Counted from the first letter of the whole stretch, positions 37,539 to 50,284 are shown. The stretch is DNA of 63,132 nt, filler included, from Rhabdomonas costata (GCA_019059605.1; 48 parts of 48 records of this genome joined end to end with filler, not necessarily neighbours in it); one strand, 5' to 3'. Program-made: numbers and translations. The notes: generated by a model not told the origin, from the letters alone.

Positions 37539-38562
37539 GTTTTTTTCCGCTTTATTCGAAAGCTCACAACAGTTTGATTACGTCTCGCATCACGCCTTTG
37601 TGGTGATTGCGGGGTGACTCAATTCGACTTTGCCCCTTTCTTACACTTTGTTTTGTACGAATCCACGAAATACCGGTAGACGGTTCTCTATATTTCCCAT
37701 GCCGTGATGCAACCGTCCCCACGTGGTGCATATGTGATGCCATGTGGACACGGCGGGTGTGCTCTCTGAGGTCTCACATTCAGTCTGAGGATCACTATAT
37801 CACGCAAGACCCGAACCGAACAACGTGCCCGTTCCGGCCGGGCACACAATTCCAAAGGTGTGGGTATTCCAGCATTTTGGTTGGTGTGCATATCTCGTCC
37901 TCGGTATTAATATGGGAATGACATCAAAAAATGGGAAAATTACAGAGCGGTTAGAAAATCTCGAAACTCACAAAAAATGCTGTCCTTTCGAAGCAGTAGG
38001 ATCACTACGTCGCTTGTCATGACAGCTCAATAGCCTCCGGTTGAACCGGAAAACACAGAGAAGAGACCCGAACACCAACCCACCTTCCAACCCACACCAA
38101 ACACACCCACCACNNNNNNNNNNNNNNNNNNNNNNNNNNNNNNNNNNNNNNNNNNNNTTAATTAATTAANNNNNNNNNNNNNNNNNNNNNNNNNNNNNNN
38201 NNNNNNNNNNNNNGGTGTTTGGGTTCCTCGGGCTCGGGGAGGGTAGAGGCGAAAAAAAAAGGGGGAAAGGGGGTCAGAACCTCGTTCCAGTGAGGAGCTG
38301 CCCAAAAAAGAACGTTCCCTCGCTGACAAAAGCCTGAAACAGAAGCTGAGAAGCTGATGGCGGTGGACGTGCCACCAACTACAATACATGGGAGAAAGAG
38401 AAATTATCACGATGGGCGCACCACGGCCCATCTGAAAAGGACCCTCCCTCCCCTCCCCTCCCCTCCCAGAGGGGAGCGGGGGGGTGAGGATGAAGGCCAA
38501 GAGGATGCACGGAGTCCCAGTCACCACAGCTGTTTGTGGTGACTTGCAGAGGCTCACCACCG

Positions 38563-39385
38563 CTATTGCACCGGAGGAGGTGCCGTGGGGAGAGCTTTCC
38601 GAAGCCACCGGATATGGTCCGAGACGTGGTCCCCGTACTGCCTGAGGACCTCAGGGAGAGCCCAGTCGTCGCCCCGGACCTCCCCCCGGCAGCCCTTCGC
38701 GCCGCACATGCACTGGAAGGGCTCCCCGTCGACCACGAAGGTGGCGTAGTCGATGGTGATCTCCTCCCCTTCGCGGATCGCGCGGCGGGCCACGGTGTTG
38801 AGGCCTACCAGCCAGGTATTGGGCTCGCAGCTGTGGTTGATCGGCATCCACTCCTCGGGGTCCTTGCTCCACGTCACGAAGGTCCCCGGCGACAGCGGCC
38901 AGGCGTACCTCCGGAAGTCTCGCAGCTGCTCAGGGGAGAAGGTGCGGAGGATGTGCTGCAGGGAGGCGATCACGGTGGGCTTCTCCTCATTGACCTGCAC
39001 CACCTCCCCGGCAGCAATGTTCCGAGTGGCGAACAGCCCGAAGCCCCCCGCCTGGGAGTGCACCACCTCGTACGGGATGGCCCGGGCGTACTGGCGCTTA
39101 ACGGAAGAAAAGTTTTTTGAGGGACATTATTCGGGACGCTCCAGCTGCACCTTGAAGGACTCTCCGGCGGGAAACTTGCACTCCACGGGGAGAAACGTCA
39201 GCGGGGATCTGGGGTCCGCGGGATTCTCGGCAACCAGCACAGTGAACTCGCGGCCCTCGATGAACTCCTCCACCAGGACTTCCCCGAACATACCAACCAT
39301 CCGTTCAAGCTCGCGGGCCAGCCCAGTGATGTCCGTGACCCGAGAGTTGGGAGTTAGCCCAATGCTGTGCACCCCACCCTCCATC
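38563..39385 (-). CDS. D-Ala-D-Ala-ligase-like ATP-grasp fragment fused to SET + post-SET domain (C-terminal part)
   Basis: Exon ~39385-39151: SIGLT..SRV...VLVEEFIEGREFTVLV...PVECKFPAGESFK. 54-nt GT-AG intron at 39150-39097. Exon 39096-38563: GFGLFATRNIAAGE, INHSCEPN, EEITIDY, FQCMCGAKGCRG, stop. Confidence 0.88.
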
Positions 39386-39765
39386 CCACGTACCCGCTCC
39401 TTCCAGCAAAACCACCCCAAACACACCACCNNNNNNNNNNNNNNNNNNNNNNNNNNNNNNNNNNNNNNNNNNNNTTAATTAATTAANNNNNNNNNNNNNN
39501 NNNNNNNNNNNNNNNNNNNNNNNNNNNNNNGGTGTTGTGGTGAGGGAGTAGAACTCAGTCCCCATGATGCTGGAAAAAGGGTGTGCGGTGGGGTGGATAT
39601 CAAAACGCGGAACACAGCTCTGCAGAACACAAGATCTACTTGCGGATTTCCCAAGTCCGTCCTTCAAGAAATAGAATGTCACGTTTCACCGTGCTGCACA
39701 GGAAAACAGGCCAAACACCAGAAAGAAGAAAGGTAATGTTAAAAAAAAAACAGAAGGAGGTCCAC

Positions 39766-40271
39766 CTGCAGTTGCTGCCCGGAAAGTTCACCGTGTCGTT
39801 GCACACCGTGGCGTTCAGCGAGATGAACTGAGCCATTCCGGCGGAAGGGCTGAAGGAGACCAGCCGCCCATGCCCAGGAAGCCCGGGCCAGATCAATGTC
39901 GACGCGTAGTAGCTGTCAAGCACACCCAGCATGTGCGGCACCGTCAGAGGCCACCACACTTTCATCGCATTCACAAAGCTGTCCATCCGAAGCCCTGCCT
40001 GCCGGAAGTACATCGACTCCGCGTAGTTCAGCATGTGCCCGGTCTCAAACTTTGACACAATCACGTTCATCACGCTGTGCGCTGCCTCATGCATGTCTAC
40101 TTGGGCGATGTCCCGCAGGCTCTGCTGGCTCTGGATATAAGTCAGGTAGAACCCCAGAAATCCCGCGATTACCATCAGGGCGATGAAGGAGACCGTGAGC
40201 AGCACCTTCAGTGACATGAGATGGATGCCACAGAGGCGGCATGCCGCCGCCACTTTTTTTGGACAGGCCAT
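39766..40271 (-). CDS. Transmembrane sensor N-terminus (TM helix plus extracellular domain; receptor-cyclase/kinase-like)
   Basis: MSLKVLLTVSFIALMVIAGFLGFYLTY (TM), then helical SQQSLRDIA... and an extracellular region with N-glycosylation sequons (NAT, NDT); ends at CAG|GT. Confidence 0.6.
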
Positions 40272-40502
40272 CTGGAGTCCGCTGTTTTGGGAGGAGTGAC
40301 GAAGCAAGGAATCAAAGGAACACCCTTCTGCAGAAAAGAGAAGCCGTGGGGCTTCGTAAGCTAGAGAGGGCCACTCGAGGGACCCAGTGACTTTAGGCCT
40401 ATGGCACATGGGCTGCCTGTGTGGAGCGGAAGAGCCCTAATAGGGGGACGCGACTGTGGTAGTGGTGGAGATTCCATCGGAAGCTGGATTCCCCGGGGGG
40501 CC

Positions 40503-40743
40503 TGGAATGCATGCCCTTTCATTTCCCTTTCATTTCACCTTTTCACGGATAGCGGTTGCCGCGAAAATGGGGCCAGAAATCCTCCTGGAAGCCGCTGCAT
40601 TAAAGTGATAGTCACAGTCACGGTCGTGAACTCAAAGCTCAACTGTACTAAAGAGGCGTGGGGGTCGTTCAGCGTTCACGAAGTCATAACTGTAAGTACG
40701 TGAAAAGGTGAAATGAAAGGGAAATGAAAGGGCATGCATTCCA
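40503..40743. repeat. Perfect 45-bp inverted repeat at contig end
   Basis: 40503-40547 is the reverse complement of 40699-40743. Confidence 0.93.
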
Positions 40744-42349
40744 AACCNNNNNNNNNNNNNNNNNNNNNNNNNNNNNNNNNNNNNNNNNNNNTTAATTAAT
40801 TAANNNNNNNNNNNNNNNNNNNNNNNNNNNNNNNNNNNNNNNNNNNNGGTGTGTTGTTCATAATAATCCCTCTGCTGCCATGAATCATGAATGTCCGCTC
40901 TCTTGCTTTTTCACTTTCGGTGATGCGATGTGTTCCGGTGTACAGAGCAGGCCAGCCTTCCCATGCATTACTTTTTCTCATCGGCCTGTAAGCGGGGCCA
41001 TCCCTTTAATCTGGTACATGGCCAACGCCCTAAAAGCGTTGGACAACCAAGACAGATTACCAAATTAACGCTGTGGTCTGTCCCCTACGGAAAAGCCATG
41101 CAAGCCGAATTTTCGAATCTCCATCTCTCACATTCGTACCGTTGAGGTGATTGCTCCTCGACATTCGTTTGTGAGCCTCTCCATCAAAAAGGGGATGCAA
41201 GTCTCCCCGGGATATTCGGTTCAATACTTTCCAATGGCTCAGAGGGTCACGCACGTGTCCCGGAGTTTTATTACGGAAGGTCCTAAGCGTATGCCAACAA
41301 TCCTGGGGAGCCCCCAGCTCTATTTGTATTCCCACCATCTAAGAAAGCTCCACGCGGGCTCAGACGAAACAAAAAGCTAAACTCTGTCTGTTGTATTGCA
41401 ACCGTGGGCCTTCCCTATGCTCCGCTCGTGACTGTGAGCTCTCTTTTTCTTTGTGTTTGTGTACTTCCCCCCCCCCCTTTTTTTTGCTTTTGCTTTTGCT
41501 TTTGCTTTCCCTCGATTCGCGCGTGCCGATACGGAAAGCCGCGCTCTTACTGGCTCTTTTTCTTTTCAACGGTTCAACGGTTCATCACGCGTTTATTTTG
41601 TGTCTTCGTGGTGTTCTTCTCGAACGTTTCATCTGGGGAAGTGGAATTTTCTGAATTGAGGAGACAAATCAAACCGAAAAATCAATCCTCTTCGCCTCAA
41701 TAAATGGGAATTCTGATCTTCCATTTCCGGGAGCTTCTTTTTATGAAAGCTCGTTTGGGCCGTCGCACCCCCGGCCGTTTAACACTGCGAGTTTGGAATG
41801 AATGGTGTACAATAGCACAACCAAGCAATGGGGCCTGCCCTCTTGGGTTGATTCTGGGGCCCCTTTTGATCCGAAGGCACAGTCCTCGCCCAGAAACTCC
41901 TTCCTGCACCATTACCCTTGCTGGCTTGCGAAGTCCCCAGCAGGGCCAATAGATTAGTTACGGATTTCCCTACTTGCCTAAAATGCCCGTAAAAATGCTG
42001 AAGCAAGGCACTAAGGCAGAATTGCTTGGGAAACCTTGGGACCGTAAAATACACCAAAAACCCCNNNNNNNNNNNNNNNNNNNNNNNNNNNNNNNNNNNN
42101 NNNNNNNNTTAATTAATTAANNNNNNNNNNNNNNNNNNNNNNNNNNNNNNNNNNNNNNNNNNNNAATGCACTTGATAGTGGGGGGGGGCAAAACGGAGGC
42201 CCACATTTAAGCCCCAACGCTCGCCCAAAGCACCTATCCCCCCTCCCAAAATGACAAAACCACAGACTACTGCTACAGGAAATGGAAGGTAAGCTGTAAG
42301 TCCCTTCCACATCGACTGAGCGGCAGGTCCCCCTCCCCCCTCCGCCAAC

Positions 42350-43315
42350 CTGGGCCTCGGGCACCTTGGGGTCGTAGACGCACAGCTGGGCCCCATCGTC
42401 CAGGAGGCCCAGACACACCGAGACGGCGCACGTCTCTCTGGTGAGAGCGACGCAGATGATGCTCAGTTTTAGCGTGCGGGGTTTTTATGGGAGGGGGGGG
42501 GGTGGCGTATTTTCATGCGGAAATAAAGCGCAACATAACAGCTCGTATCGACAAACACTCCTGTTTGCGCAGGAAATGTGGGACAAGAACCTCAACCACA
42601 TCCCGGGCCTATATTACCCCCCAAAACCCTCCTGCTTTTCCTGTAATCGCATCCACACGCACTCTCTTCTCTGTTCATTCACGGGCATGCCTGGATGAAC
42701 CGAAGAGGATGATTAATGAAGACACAATCAGCACAATGTGATGTGAGAACATCTCTGCGGTTTGCAGTGCGCTGGTTGTTGATGTTCCTTCAGAATGGTT
42801 CCAAAAGACCCCGCCAACCGCAATCGATGAATCAATTTGCCTTTGCCAGTCTTCCACACACATGCACACCAAAAAGAGTGAACATTGAAATAGAAAGAGA
42901 GAAGGAAAAACACCTGGTGTCGCTGGTGCCCTTTTTGAATGCAAAGCCAAAGACGGCCAGGCGCTTGCCGGTCACCGTATCAAACATGTTGTGCACAATC
43001 GCGGTCGCAAATCTGCAGGAAAAGCAAAGGGCGCCCTGGTCATTCAAAACTGAACGCTGTACAAGATTACAAAGAAAGGGTGCGGAAACAGCGCGATTGA
43101 ACTCGAGCGTATGCAAAAGTGCTCCCCGCTGCACACCCCCCCCTCTCCCTTCCCGCTGCGGGAGGGGGGGGTACACACCTTCGCTTCTGGTAGTTGTTCA
43201 TGTCGATTACCCTCATCCAGTAGTCCCCGACCTCCTTCAGCTTCAGGGAGTAGCTGAGGTACACCAGGCTGAGGATATCCTTCTGCAGGGCAACTCCCCC
43301 AAACCCAGGGGAGAC
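42350..43315 (-). CDS. UGDH: UDP-glucose 6-dehydrogenase-like protein, three exons, catalytic Cys replaced by Ala
   Basis: Exons 43315-43179, 43012-42914 and 42437-42350, all GT-AG with consistent phases: VSPGFGGVALQKDILSLVYL...YWMRVIDMNNYQKRRF...MFDTVTGKRLAVFGFAFKKGTSDTRETCA...LLDDGAQLCVYDPKV. Confidence 0.92.
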
Positions 43316-43818
43316 CTGCGGTCAGCGGGCAGGGATGACGGAAAAAAAGGAGGGACGTTCTGCACTCCAAAGCAAAAACACNNNNNNNNNNNNNNNNNNN
43401 NNNNNNNNNNNNNNNNNNNNNNNNNTTAATTAATTAANNNNNNNNNNNNNNNNNNNNNNNNNNNNNNNNNNNNNNNNNNNNGGTTTTTGGGACTGAAGCA
43501 CAACTAAGGAGAGGAAAGCTATTGTTGCGTCATGGATTGTTTTAGTTTCCTCTGTGTATGTGGGTGTGCGGGGGGGGGGGTTCCCTCAGGGCCGGGCGAT
43601 TCCTGACTACAGGTTTTTTCAAGTTTTTACTCTCTTCTTCCTGTATGCCCGATGGTAGTGATGGGGCAGGAATTTTTCATCTTTGTCAGTGCTTCATATT
43701 TGATTGAAGAGAAGAATCTGAAAGATCGCAGTGTCACTAGAGTGGTGCCTCCACTACTTACCCTTTATTCTGCTCTGAAGCAATGCCGTCACTTCTCCCC
43801 CTCGCTACCCCCTCTCAG

Positions 43819-44086
43819 AAAGATGAACTTCGGAAAGCTAAGGTGGCTTTCCGATCTCATTGCGGTGCACGGGTACAACGTCCGAGCAATGCTTCTGGAC
43901 CGCAAAAGGAACTGCTTCCAGCAGACGGAAGGCCAGCTCAGGAGGCATCTCAGGGACTACCTGGATGCCGAGCAGACGGCTTTCCCGTCCCGCTACCACG
44001 ACATTGCGCGGAAGCTGGGGTACGACCCGGAGACATTCCATGCCCCGCTGCTGGTGGAGATGCTGGGGGACAAAGGGGGGTGGTGA
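43819..44086 (+). CDS. NOP16: Nucleolar protein 16 (Nop16) terminal exon
   Basis: WLSDLIAVHGYNVRAMLLDRKRNCFQQTEGQLRRHL matches the Nop16 motif W...L..KHG.D..AM..D.K.N..QQT.GQLRR. Confidence 0.78.
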
Positions 44087-44907
44087 AGGGGGTGAGGCCG
44101 GAGGGCTTTGCCGTGCTGCATCGCGTCTCTCTTCCTGGGACGTGTGCCAAGAGATCCTTGGGGAGAGCAAGATTGTGCAAAACTGGGATGAATGAAACCA
44201 AACCTTTGTCCTGTTGTGTTGGCGTCTTTTTAGTGACATTTTGAGATCTCTCGGAGGACCCACTAGGGACGCACACATTCACATTGTGGATAGATTCCGG
44301 TCTTCCTCATCGGTCCCGGTTTACTTTCTTTAACCCAGCCCTTGTGGGGCCCCCACTGTCGCAGTTGCGTGTGTCCAGTTATGAGCGATATGGGGGAGGG
44401 GTGTTTCACCATGTGTGGTGGACCAGATTGCAGTTGTTTACCGGTGTTTCGGAAATACGGAATGTGAGTGGTCATCCTTACACGCCAAATCGGACTTTGG
44501 GCAAAATCTCCCCACCGTGAATCTCCGTGGGATTCTGGCGGTGGAGCCGGACTGTTTTATTTCCCTCCGAACTCATTTCCTTGCGAAACCATAGTTCCGT
44601 GTTCAGGAGACGTGTTCTCCCCACCGATTGATTGTAAAGCAATGCCTGGGCTCTTCCTCCCTCACAGAGTGTGTGCTTCCCTCCCACCCACCACCAACNN
44701 NNNNNNNNNNNNNNNNNNNNNNNNNNNNNNNNNNNNNNNNNNTTAATTAATTAANNNNNNNNNNNNNNNNNNNNNNNNNNNNNNNNNNNNNNNNNNNNGG
44801 GGTTGGTGTAACAATCACCATATCAGCATTCTTTTTTCTGTGTTAGCTGCTGTGCTACGTTCGACATTTGAACGTCTTTGAAAAGGACTGTGCTTTTCCT
44901 TGTTCAG

Positions 44908-45799
44908 ATCATTGTGAAGGAGACATTTGCTGGGCTCAGGGCGATGACAAGGTACATGCAGGAGGTCAAAGTGAAATCCTATGATATTCTGGACGTATGT
45001 TTGCTTCTTGAATCTTTTGCTTGGGGAGGAGTTTCTGAACGAAGACGCTCACTGCGGTACATATGTTGGACTTCCGCTCTGCCTGTACCCCAGACTTCAG
45101 CTTCAGGGCACCCCAGACTTCAAGAGAAAAGGGGCGGTGGGAGGCTTAAGGCGTTGGAGAAGTGTTAAAATCGTTGGGGGGTTGTTCATGGCCAAGTATT
45201 TTGCTCTTGCTTGGCGCAAGGCAACGGACAAAGTGTGCCCCTTCATCACCAAGAACTACGGACTGCTGCTGAAGAATAACAAGCCCACGGAGACCTTCTC
45301 GAAAAACCGGGCCATCACAAAGTGTGTCGGGCCGTTCTCCAGGCTTTTCTCCGTCTTCCCTTTGTCTGGCCCTGGAAAAACGTGTATAAAGCAGCGGGCG
45401 ATTTTTCTTTCGAAAATCCCTGATTGCTCTTGAGATAGTTTCAGAATACCCATTGGGACATGGCGAAAACACCTTCATGCGCTTTCGCGGTCATCGTGCG
45501 GTGCCGCATCGGTTGCCGTCCCGCGCCATCGCTGCCATCATATGCAGTCAGTGTTCTGTAACGTTCCCTGGACCTGATGCTCAGTTTTCACTGCAGAATT
45601 CTGATTAGCACGTTCGGGCCGAAACACAACCAGCACAATAGTTAAACTCATGAAGTGTTAATTATTTATGTAAATTTTTGTAGATATAGGCGTGGGACCC
45701 AGATGGACCCAGATGAACTTTTCTCAGTTGCACTTAAAAGTGAACTGAAACGTCTATCCAACCCACTTGCAAAAACACCTTTTGACAAAGATCTGCAAA
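44908..45799 (+). CDS. Hypothetical protein, three exons
   Basis: Exons 44908-44964, 45221-45321 and 45690-45799 join in frame through GT-AG introns (IIVKETF...QE|ATDKV...AITK|RGTQMDPDE...). No family recognised. Confidence 0.5.
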
Positions 45800-47431
45800 G
45801 TGTCGCATTTTTGCATTTTCTGTCCTTTGCTGCACGCACACAAGTAGAAAACACAACGGCTGCTCATTCCCAACATCCTCCCTTCTTGCCCTTGTGGAAA
45901 TGAAAGAGAATGTTTGAGAGTTGCTCCTGTAGGTGATCGGATTCAGATGAAAGGATTTTTCTTTCCTGGAGATAGTGAGGGCGTAATACCCCGGAAAGCA
46001 GGGGGAAGAGACAGCNNNNNNNNNNNNNNNNNNNNNNNNNNNNNNNNNNNNNNNNNNNNTTAATTAATTAANNNNNNNNNNNNNNNNNNNNNNNNNNNNN
46101 NNNNNNNNNNNNNNNAGACCGTCGAGTACCCGAGTGACGCAAGATGATGAACATGTTGGGGGACCTCCAATGGGGTTACCATGCGAAGTGGGTAAGCAGA
46201 AGCTCTATGGGTTTGGATTTGCGGCTTTCCTTCGGCGCTTGACTGGGCTCTCACAGAGAAAGGAGAATGGCGCTCGATGGCCCCATCCAAGTTTCGAAAC
46301 GGGAGCCTGGTGCCCGCGGGATGCACAGGCGGCGTGTGGTTTTGGGTGCCTGCTTGTCACCCTATTTCTTTGATATCGCTCTATACTGCACCTTAACCCT
46401 GTCACACTCAGGTGGAGCATCCCGTCACGGAGTGTATCACTAACGTGAATATCCCTGCTGCTCAGCTCTGTATTGGAATGGGCATTCCACTCTACCGGTC
46501 TGACCTTCCCTCAACCCCTTTTCCTGATCCTTCTTAAACCAACTTTTTCTTGCAGCGCCAAGCGAGACAAGTCAGACAATGAAGTGTTAGCTGTACTGTG
46601 TGACCCGATGAAGACTGTTCCGTGAGCTGCAACTTTTCACTTGGGCAAGCCATGACAATGACTTTGCAGCGTTCCTTTTTCTGCCGGAGGCCTGCTTTTG
46701 TTCGCAACTCGCGACGCAGCGCCGTTAAACCACAGCCATTGGGTGTCGGTCCAATTGGAGTCCTGAGGGTTCCCTGTTGGGCTGAAACCTGCGTAAGGAT
46801 TGCATCAAGCGGATCTCCATTCCCTTGCTCCTTAAGCCCTACGGCTGGTGGCACTGAACCACGTTGGTGTGCACCACCTTGCTGTCGTCCATAAAGTTCT
46901 CGGCTGCGTTGGTCCAAAAAGCGGCACGAGCGTCATCCAGTGGTTTCAGCCAGCGTTTCTGTGTGCCACCAATGACCAAACCAACTTCGCCTTTGCTCTC
47001 CGCAGGTATGTTCGCCTTTTGAAAAGCCTTTGAAAGGAAAAATGAAGCCCAGAAGGAACAGTTCATCTGGCACACATTACACTCAACAGCGTGATGCTCA
47101 CCCCCCGTGAGTGCTTTTTTCAGGATCGCGGACATCCGAGCTCTGTGCAACCTGAACCCCTTTGAGTCTTCCGAAATCGACTTTGAATCCGTGGAGCAGC
47201 GCCAACCCATGTACGTACCGTCCCTCTCCCCAAAAAAAACAAAATTTGTGTCGGTGCCGCGCTCTGCTGCCGCTGAGCTGCGGGTTAGGGGCACTCGCTC
47301 ACGTTTTTCCGCGCTTGCTACCAAACACCNNNNNNNNNNNNNNNNNNNNNNNNNNNNNNNNNNNNNNNNNNNNTTAATTAATTAANNNNNNNNNNNNNNN
47401 NNNNNNNNNNNNNNNNNNNNNNNNNNNNNGG

Positions 47432-48332
47432 GGGTTGGGTGGCGGCGTCAATCTGGGTGCCGATGTCCTCGCCGGGGCGAGGCGCGGTGATGTGGACCAG
47501 GGTGTCGGCGTTGATGTTCAGGAGGCGGGAGCTGGCGGCGATGTTGACCGCAGTCTCGCGCTTGTCCCCCGTGAGCATCCAGATCACTACCCCGGCGGCA
47601 AGGAAGAAGGCAATCGTTTCCGGGACTTTGTCCTGAGGAGGATGCGTGGGGCGAGGAAGGACGGGTACAAAAATGCGGCCACGCCTTCAGCAAAAGAAAA
47701 GGTGAAGAAATGCACGTGGGCTTCCGAAACTGAAATGTAAGCTAATCAATTTATCGAAAATGTCGAGGTTAGCTCTGCATTTCAACGTGAATGAGCCGCT
47801 TACCACGAAGACCCTGGCCTGACAGGACTTGGTGAACTGTGACAAGTTCGGATTCTGGGGGCTTGCTTCTGACTCGGGGAAGCCGAAACCCGTGCCATTT
47901 GGCTTGATGGCGCTGTCAAGTCATGGCAAGGCATGTCAGGTGATAGCGTACTCGACGTGGCCAAATAGAGAAGGGGGCAGTCCGAGCTGCAAAAGAAAGC
48001 CACGAAAAATCACGTGGCTATGAAAAGATAAAACTGGTGATCATAACTGACCACATAACTCTCAGCGAACAGAGAATAAGAGAGTCCTGCAAAACTCTTC
48101 TTTTTCCACACTTCCACCAAAACCCAGTGCAGCGTTCCATGGGAGGCAGCACGCCTGTAGGCGGTCCTCCACCCCGGAGCACCCAACTAGGGCCAGGTCG
48201 TGCTCGAGCAGGGCGCAAGCCTCAGCCACAGCCGCCTCGCGGCCCTCCAGACGCAGCGCGGCCTCGTCGAAGGTCGCCTTCCAGGATGCAAATTCACCCT
48301 CCTCCAAGATCCGGTACCCCACCACCAGAGTG
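47432..48332 (-). CDS. P4-type ATPase (phospholipid flippase) fragment, two exons
   Basis: Exons 48332-48155 and 47632-~47432: [13 protein letters not shown]...[49 protein letters not shown]. Confidence 0.95.
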
Positions 48333-50284
48333 CTGCGAAAGTACCGACGAAGACGAAAAAAGCAAGAAGAAAAAATGGCAGAGAAGAAAAAAGCAGGACA
48401 GTCAGGCAGCGCTACCAGTCAAACTAGTCAAAAAAGAGAGACAACACAGGCAACTAAAGATATACAAGCGGGAGAAAAAGTACACTGATAGAAGAACAGT
48501 GGCTTCCTTGTCAATGGACATGCATTCACCACAGACGACCACTAAGACCGGATGATTTTCCCCCACGATGGTACCTTTTTCACAAAAAGCAGCAGAAAAG
48601 CATTGCCGTTGCCGCATGAGATGCACAAGAGGATCCTTTGGGCACGNNNNNNNNNNNNNNNNNNNNNNNNNNNNNNNNNNNNNNNNNNNNTTAATTAATT
48701 AANNNNNNNNNNNNNNNNNNNNNNNNNNNNNNNNNNNNNNNNNNNNGTTTTGTGTGTGCGAGGTCTCACTGCATATTTTTCGGCATGTTGATTTTGGGTG
48801 GGTTGTTCTCCGTGGGAGGTTGTGGGGGCCAATTGACTTGTGGAAGCAGTCGAAGGCGGTCAGGTCGGTTTTTGTCTCTTTTACCGCATCTAAATGCAAA
48901 TGGCCACGTCCCACTGGTGCGTCGCATCCGGTGACGCGTAAAGTGACACTGCTGCAGCTCTGTGCGACAGCAATGCAAATCTTTAGAAGACTCGAAGACT
49001 CCACGGTACACGAGAGCATATAGCCGTTTAGTTTTTCACCTTCGCTGTTGTTGTGTCAAAGTTGCGGGAATGGTGGGGTTTGCGTAAGGTATTCTGATTT
49101 TCACCATATCCATTTAGCCTTATTTTTGGTGGTGTGGTTGAAACGCGATCGTGATGGTGCCTGGTATGCAGGACAATGGGGAGCCCAAGCGTACCTGTTG
49201 GTTTGGTTGACCGCTTGAACCAGCCTTTGTATTTGGCCATTCCTGTACGCTTGTGTTGTGTACCCCCTTGGGCGTGCCGTGATAGGGATAGTTAGGGGCA
49301 CGGTTCCCGTTTCGTTTCCTGTTTTCAATGGATACCTCTCCCGATGCTGGGCTGAAAAACAATGCCTACATCCGTGTGTTGGTGTGCTCCTTCCTGGACT
49401 TCAAGGACCTTTGCATGGTGGAGCTGGTACTGTGCCCCTTTCCGCTTCCATGTTGTTTTGTTTTTTCAGAGTAGCTCGGGCAGTATGCTGAACGGCGGGG
49501 CTCCATTTCCGTGAAATCGGTTTCATCAGTGGCAGAAGAAATTGTTCTCTTAATTTATCATTCACATTAATAGTATTTTTGGTTCCACCTTTAAAGTGAG
49601 AGATGGAAAATACCAAAATGGGGTGCAAAAAGTCTCCCCCATTTTTAACCATGTCAGTTCTTGTGGAAGCTACTTGTTCCTCACATTTGACATGGTACTG
49701 GCCAATTGCCCATAGAAACGCCGTGCGCCGGAATAGTCGAGGTCAATATGACAACTTTGGCGTCCAGATTGCGGCCTTGTGCGCACATCTGCACCTACAT
49801 GCGCACAGATTCTCGGGGATATGCACGCGCACGTACGCAGGTGGATGAGAACTGGAGAAACTCCGTACTTCAGGCGGGTGACGGAGAGCTCTGGCGGCTA
49901 CTGTTTAAGGCAGCCGTCCTTGCCCCCCCCCCCCACATGCATGATCACCTCTGGGGAGCACCANNNNNNNNNNNNNNNNNNNNNNNNNNNNNNNNNNNNN
50001 NNNNNNNTTAATTAATTAANNNNNNNNNNNNNNNNNNNNNNNNNNNNNNNNNNNNNNNNNNNNGGTGTTGGGTGTGGGTGGGTTTGGTGGGCGCCATGCC
50101 GTGCAGCGTTTCAGGTGTGTGGACAATCGTCATTGAATAAAGGAGAAAGGAGAAAAGACAGAAAAAAGCCGAGAAGACGGGATGTGATGAATGCAGCACG
50201 TCGGCCCAATGCTCAGACACCTTGTACATAACCCATAATGTATGTATGCATGTGTGTGTGCGTGCCGCGCAGCAAACGCAGCAG

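Noticed and set aside
38536-39430. Long plus-strand ORFs opposite the SET gene (and similar antisense ORFs over ADSS, MORN and TXNDC9)
   Set aside because: These are shadow ORFs caused by high GC3 codon bias on the coding strand.
46839-47324. 161-aa minus-strand ORF
   Set aside because: No family was recognised and no convincing splice structure was found; it cannot be supported as a gene.
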